Below, in pieces: positions 58,001 to 61,929 of a DNA stretch of 61,929 bases (position 1 is its first letter; every line of letters starts with the position of its first letter). Location of the stretch: assembly GCA_012798865.1 (NCBI GenBank), contig JAAZMK010000005.1, positions 1-61,929 on the forward strand. The letters are read 5' to 3'. The DNA is from Clostridiaceae bacterium (GTDB lineage Bacteria > Bacillota > Clostridia > Saccharofermentanales > DTU023). The translations under genes and the position numbers were made by a program. The notes under the pieces were generated by a model. That model searched no databases and was not told the origin of the DNA. It saw only the letters and a list, made by a program, of their open reading frames with translations.

Positions 58001-58060
58001 CTCCCGGAGACTCCAATCGATGAGATTGGCGAAGCCGATTGGTCTCATAATATCGCTCAT
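55010..58060 (-). CDS. ygfK: YgfK-type large Fe-S/FAD oxidoreductase (DHOD-like + GltD-like + ferredoxin domains)
   Basis: 1016 aa. VCVIGAGPGGIAAAYYLA and VAVVGAGDVAMD dinucleotide folds, and a C-terminal double CxxCxxCxxxCP cluster. Size and order match E. coli YgfK. Confidence 0.9.
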   Translation of the reverse strand: MSDIMRPIGFANLIDWSLREYKKNGRVFGLDKSKFYFPKGDKRFRTPFGDEIATPVGPAAGPHSQLAQNIIVSYLAGARFIELKTVQKMDGEEIRHAVPKPCINAEDECYNCEWSTELTVQEAFDEYVKAWVALKVLAVEFGISDGNDFAFNMSVGYDLEGIKLPKIDNFIEGLKDASETPIFKECMDFLRGHMDLFERVDKGVVDAISPHISNQITLSTLHGCPPAEIERIAHYLLTEKHCHTFVKCNPTMLGYDFVRKTLDDLGYDYIAFPDKHFLADLQYEDGLGIFERMTKVSREQGLAFGVKLTNTCPVDVTRGEVPSEEMYMSGRSLLPLTISLALKLSEAFEGKLPVSFAGGADGLNVANILETGIGPVTVATTLLKPGGYARFKQMAEESEPYLGNESSDIDLPKLRALAQSLLEDPRTQKRWREKVWSRKTDSELPLYDCYKAPCKDGGCPINQQIPEYNTLVARGDYDEAFRVIAIDNACPTITGILCAQPCREHCTRIDYDVSLHMRDIKKKAADEAQDNYNAAFRPRPVRTDKKVCVIGAGPGGIAAAYYLARNGVAVDVFEKRAESHGIVRYAIPSFRISKEEIDRDLALAKAAGVKFHFNADPNVKLDVLKDKYDYVVLAIGAWAKGRSPVTEGGENVLDSLDFLLSVKKDGPRDLGKKVAVVGAGDVAMDCARLAKRMPGSPEVTIVYRRTEMYAPASQDEFDEAMAEGVEWRELLAPVSYDGKQLVCEKQRLGSFDESGRRACLGTGEMVTLEFDTVIGATGARVDQSVFRDWELSCDKWGNPYVSDAMESSIDGVYVIGDCRKGPSTIVAAMSDAKKAVLDILAKEDLKHNFDRVLVAKDEGVVVDRRGILVETQSTPEKEGERCLLCDQICRICTEVCPNRANVAILVDGFDIAEQIVHVDGMCNECGNCATFCPHAGRPYKDKLTLFWSEEDFADSENIGFLKLADDKYRIRDEHGRVFDTAPDGDELDERMSKVIAAVNEKAPWLYNAACHKACCE

Positions 58061-58253
58061 ATCGTCTATATCCTCTCCTTCTTAGTGTGGTGACATGGCA
58101 TCCTCGGTAGGGAGGCGGGTCACCCGTCACATATATCTCTTGATTACTATATTAACAGTAGATTAAGAATTATTATCCGATTTTTTCTTGTTTTCAACAA
58201 ATTTTGCCGATGGAAAATACATAACACAACATTTTTCTCATTCGGATGAAAAG

Positions 58254-58287
58254 AAGACCGGGCTTCTCCTGCGAGAACCCCGGTCTT
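58254..58287 (-). terminator. Rho-independent terminator downstream of ygeW
   Basis: On the minus strand, AAGACCGGG ... CCCGGTCTT (9 bp) is followed by CTTTTCATCC. Confidence 0.7.
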
Positions 58288-58371
58288 ACAATCAGGCTAT
58301 TTGTTTATGCGACCTGAACAACACACGCATCGATTCCCGGCATGACGCCTTCGTCGGCATATGCGCTCAGA

Positions 58372-59568
58372 TTAACCATTATCCGCCCAGCGAGGCGTCG
58401 TGCCCCTCCAAAGCTCATCCAGCTTAGCGCCGGGATTCTTGATCTTCTGCAAGAAGATCATCGCGGCGATGATGTAAGGTTTGTAACTCGCTTCCTTGTA
58501 TAGGGGGACGCGGTAGCGATCGAAGACCGACTCGTCGACTTCACCTTCCGCGCAAGATACGCCTGTGATGTCGGCAGGCAGGCAGTGCATGTACAACGCG
58601 TTGCCGCCTTTCGTCAGTTTCATCATGTCTTCGGAGCATGTCCAGTCCTTATGCAGCGCATTCTGCGCGAGTAATTCCTGCTCAAGCGCATCGATACCGG
58701 CTTGGTCGCCCTTGGCGTACAGATCTGTGCGGATCTCCATCGCCTTAAACGGTGCCCAGCTCTTCGGGTAAACGATGTCGGCATCTTTGAATGCCTCTTC
58801 CATCGACTCGACGCGCGTGAACTTTCCGCCGTATTGCTCTTCGTTGTGCTTCGCAACACCTTCGATCTCATCCATGATTTCGTATCCTTCCGGATGCGCG
58901 AGAACGACGTCCATGCCGAAGCGAGTCATCAAGCCGATCACGCCTTGCGGAACGGAAAGAGGCTTGCCGTACGAAGGTGAATATGCCCATGTCATGGCGA
59001 CTTTCTTGCCCTTAAGATTTTCGACGCCGCCGAGCTCGTGGATGATGTGGAGCGTGTCGGCCATCGTCTGTGTCGGGTGGTCAATGTCGCACTGCAGATT
59101 GACAAGCGTCGGGCGCTGTTCAAGCACGCCGTCGTTGAAACCTTCGTCGACATAACTAGCGACATTCTTCATGTAGGTGTGACCTTTGCCAATATACATG
59201 TCGTCGCGAATACCGATGACGTCCGCCATGAAAGAGATCATGTTCGCCGTCTCTTTGACTGTCTCGCCATGGGAGATCTGCGATTTGCCCTCGTCCAGAT
59301 CCTGTACCGCAAGTCCTAGGAAGTTACATGCCGACACGAATGAGAAACGAGTTCTCGTCGAGTTGTCGCGGAACAGTGAGATGCCGAGACCCGAATCGAA
59401 AACACGGGCACTCTTGTTATTCTCGCGAAGCGCGCGCAACGCGTCCGCCACCGCGAAAATGGCCATAATTTCATCTTGCGACTTGTCCCATGTCAGGAGA
59501 AAATCGCTGCCGTACAACCCTTGATAGTCGTAGCCTTCCAGTTGATCAATAAGCTTTTTTAGATCCAT
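58372..59568 (-). CDS. ygeW: YgeW-type knotted carbamoyltransferase
   Basis: 398 aa. SLFRDNSTRTRFSF (carbamoyl-phosphate motif) and HCLPA. Length and context match YgeW. Confidence 0.9.
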   Translation of the reverse strand: MDLKKLIDQLEGYDYQGLYGSDFLLTWDKSQDEIMAIFAVADALRALRENNKSARVFDSGLGISLFRDNSTRTRFSFVSACNFLGLAVQDLDEGKSQISHGETVKETANMISFMADVIGIRDDMYIGKGHTYMKNVASYVDEGFNDGVLEQRPTLVNLQCDIDHPTQTMADTLHIIHELGGVENLKGKKVAMTWAYSPSYGKPLSVPQGVIGLMTRFGMDVVLAHPEGYEIMDEIEGVAKHNEEQYGGKFTRVESMEEAFKDADIVYPKSWAPFKAMEIRTDLYAKGDQAGIDALEQELLAQNALHKDWTCSEDMMKLTKGGNALYMHCLPADITGVSCAEGEVDESVFDRYRVPLYKEASYKPYIIAAMIFLQKIKNPGAKLDELWRGTTPRWADNG

Positions 59569-59618
59569 TTGTACCTCTTTCCTCTCTTGAAATACGTTAT
59601 ATATTATTTTTCAAATTA

Positions 59619-61094
59619 TTAATCCATCGCCGCGAGAACACCCGTACGCTCGTTGAACTCTTCAATGAGCCTGTCGATCTCGTGCACCTGGTTGCGGGTG
59701 TCCTTCCAGTAATTGTCGTCGTACCACTGATCGTTCAGCTCGTGCATGGTGCGCCCCTGCTGCTCAACCCATGTGTAGTACTTGAGGTGATGGACGCGCT
59801 TGCGCGTGTAGTAAGTGAACTCTTCCATATGATCCGTCGTGGTGGAGGCAAGATAACTCCAGTAATCACGCGCCGCGAGATCCGGCGTGTAAGGTTCTGC
59901 CTCTTCCATCTCCACTACGCGTGAGCCGTACATTTCGGCAGAATCGGTCGCGACGGTGCCGATGACGTCGTCCTTCGTGAACTCGAAGTATTTCGCGAGC
60001 TTAATGCTTCCGAGCACGTTCGCGATACCGCTGATACCGAGTAACGGGAGAAGATCCAAGAAATCCTGAGACACGCCCGTTTCCTTCTTCAGGAATTCGT
60101 GTCCGACCTCCGTGTTGAACAGACGCAGGAGATTCACGGCGTGATTGTCGTCGATGGCACAGACGACGTCCGTATTCTTGACGTTGTGGACGAACGGGAT
60201 GTGCTTGTCGCCGATACCTTCAATGCGGTGACCGCCGAAACCATTGTTCAGAATGGTGGGACACTGGAGCGCCTCGCCGACTGACACTTTGATACGCGGA
60301 TACTGGTCTTTTAAGTAATCGCCGGCGCTCATCGAACCGCCGCTGCCGCTCGTAAAGAAGCAGGCGGAGAATCTCGACGTCGGCGTCTTTAGCGACTCGT
60401 AAACTTCTTCCATGGCCGGACCTGTGGCGTGGTAATGCCAGAGCACGTTGCCCATCTCTTCGAACTGGTTGAAAATGAAGGCGTCGGGACGCGTCCTGCG
60501 AAGCTCCCAGACCTTGTCGAAAATTTCTTTGACGTCGCTCTCGCAACCGGGTGTCGCGTAGATCTCGTCTGCGATGTGAGACAGCCAGTCAAATCGCTCT
60601 TGGCTCATGTCCTCGGGCAGGATCGCGATTGACTTGCAGCCGAGCAGTTTCGAGTTGAAAGCGCCTCCACGGCAATAGTTGCCGGTCGAAGGCCAAACCG
60701 CCCAGTCGTGATAGGGGTCGAACTGTCCTGTGACGAGACGGGGAACGAGACAGCCGTATGAAGCGCCGACCTTATGACAGCCGGTCGGGAACCACTTGCC
60801 GATGATGACGAAGATACGCGCGTCAACACCGCTAAGCTCGCTTGGGATTTCGATATAGTTCACATCGCCGTAACCGGCACCTTCCAGCGTCGGCTCATTT
60901 TTCCATGTGATGCGGAAAAGATTCAAAGGGTCGATATCCCATGAACCGACGTTCTTCAGTCTCTTCTTAATCTTCTCGGGAACTTTGTTAACGGGATCGC
61001 GCAATTGCGCAAATGTCGGAATGACTATGTTGTTTTCACGCGCACGTTTTATCGCATTCTCAAGCCCTTCCGGATGGATCGTCAGATCGATCAT
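59619..61094 (-). CDS. PLP-dependent enzyme of the tryptophan-synthase-beta fold (PALP; OrtB/cysteine-synthase-like); function unknown
   Basis: FPTGCHKVGASYG (candidate PLP lysine), FTSGSGGS glycine loop, about 490 aa. AAGGAGA lies 8 nt upstream of ATG 61094. Confidence 0.7.
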   Translation of the reverse strand: MIDLTIHPEGLENAIKRARENNIVIPTFAQLRDPVNKVPEKIKKRLKNVGSWDIDPLNLFRITWKNEPTLEGAGYGDVNYIEIPSELSGVDARIFVIIGKWFPTGCHKVGASYGCLVPRLVTGQFDPYHDWAVWPSTGNYCRGGAFNSKLLGCKSIAILPEDMSQERFDWLSHIADEIYATPGCESDVKEIFDKVWELRRTRPDAFIFNQFEEMGNVLWHYHATGPAMEEVYESLKTPTSRFSACFFTSGSGGSMSAGDYLKDQYPRIKVSVGEALQCPTILNNGFGGHRIEGIGDKHIPFVHNVKNTDVVCAIDDNHAVNLLRLFNTEVGHEFLKKETGVSQDFLDLLPLLGISGIANVLGSIKLAKYFEFTKDDVIGTVATDSAEMYGSRVVEMEEAEPYTPDLAARDYWSYLASTTTDHMEEFTYYTRKRVHHLKYYTWVEQQGRTMHELNDQWYDDNYWKDTRNQVHEIDRLIEEFNERTGVLAAMD

Positions 61095-61341
61095 AGATGT
61101 TTCTCCTTGCATTGTGATAATAATTGATTGGCTGTGGGTAAGTCTGTGAAAATTCCCATACCTAAGTACCTAAAGACTACCGTCATTCTACGTTTTAGTA
61201 AATGATTCTAAATGAACAGACTCTATCGACGGATTCGTCACAAACTTTCGCATAAAAGCAATAAAACGCTAAAAATATCGTTTTTTTTCGGCTTTCTACA
61301 TAAGAACAAAGCAAAAACAACGCGAAAGGATTATGGCTCCA

Positions 61342-61929
61342 TTACATGCCGTCGACCGATTCTTCGCCCTTCATGCTATCCTCTTCCGCTATGGTCTCTT
61401 GCTTTTCAGCTTTCTTATTTACGTAATGGTAGAAGATAAAACCGATGACGGCTGCAACGGCACCGATGCCGAACACGATCGCGGCGAAGACGTATTCTTT
61501 TGAACCGAGTAACCCGCCGCTGACCGTCGATGTCACGACGGAGAAAAAGCGCGCAAGTAAAATCTTCATCCACGTACCAAGCTTCATAGGCGTCAACCCT
61601 GCCAAGTACGTCAAGATATCTTTTGGCGTTCCGGGAATAAACATCAGCAAAAACATGAGCAGATTCAATTGCTTCGGTCGATTGAACAGTTTGACGCCGT
61701 CGATTTGCTCAGGCTTAAAGAACAACTCAATGACGGGTCGACCGTATCGTTTGACAACAAGAAAAATGATGACACTCGCCGCATAGATCGCCGCCATGGA
61801 AAGTATCGTCCCTTCAATGGAGCCGAAGGCATAGCCTGCAGCAAGCTCAAACGGTTCGCCGGGAATCACCGCGAGTATGACTTGGAGCATCGTTAGGATA
61901 AAGAAAAGAAACCGCGACCAAACAGGGGA
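61342..61929 (-). CDS. TVP38/TMEM64 (DedA-related) family membrane protein; the 5' end lies beyond the window
   Basis: VIPGEPFELAAGYAFG and FIPGTPKDILTYLAGLT motifs. The frame is open to the window end. Confidence 0.75.
   Translation of the reverse strand, partial: SPVWSRFLFFILTMLQVILAVIPGEPFELAAGYAFGSIEGTILSMAAIYAASVIIFLVVKRYGRPVIELFFKPEQIDGVKLFNRPKQLNLLMFLLMFIPGTPKDILTYLAGLTPMKLGTWMKILLARFFSVVTSTVSGGLLGSKEYVFAAIVFGIGAVAAVIGFIFYHYVNKKAEKQETIAEEDSMKGEESVDGM

Overview
This 61.9-kb window looks like chromosome from a mid/high-GC Gram-positive anaerobe (Clostridia-like; inferred from Veg, BlaI/BlaR1, LCP, YitT and a BMP-type nucleoside transporter). Almost all of it is coding. From left to right: (1) histidine-utilisation genes hutU (5' truncated), ftcD and hutI. 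(2) A pair of fused ABC exporters. (3) A yedF + DUF3343 Se/S-carrier pair. (4) An eight-gene minus-strand pyrimidine nucleoside/pseudouridine salvage operon (cdd, BMP-type ABC importer, psuK, psuG, udp); its first permease gene carries a frameshift in a homopolymer. (5) A blaI-blaR1-like pair. (6) tRNA-Asp/tRNA-Phe and tRNA-Val. (7) A visibly AT-richer accessory island of about 6.5 kb directly 3' of tRNA-Val. It holds decayed small ORFs, a hicA-hicB-secB-like tripartite toxin-antitoxin-chaperone module and a solitary MmeI-family type IIL restriction-modification enzyme. (8) Housekeeping genes: hppA, sanA, yebC, yigZ, serS, dtd, ispE, veg, mnmA and an aminotransferase. (9) A minus-strand selenium-dependent molybdenum hydroxylase / anaerobic purine-catabolism cluster (xdhD-like, hyuA, ssnA, ygfK, ygeW, plus a non-canonical PLP enzyme and a MocA-HTH fusion). 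The best candidate for an unusual system is the HicAB + SecB-like chaperone module next to the MmeI-like enzyme in the tRNA-Val island. No CRISPR array, integrase or transposase was seen. All calls come from reading the ORF translations and the DNA by eye; no database searches were run.
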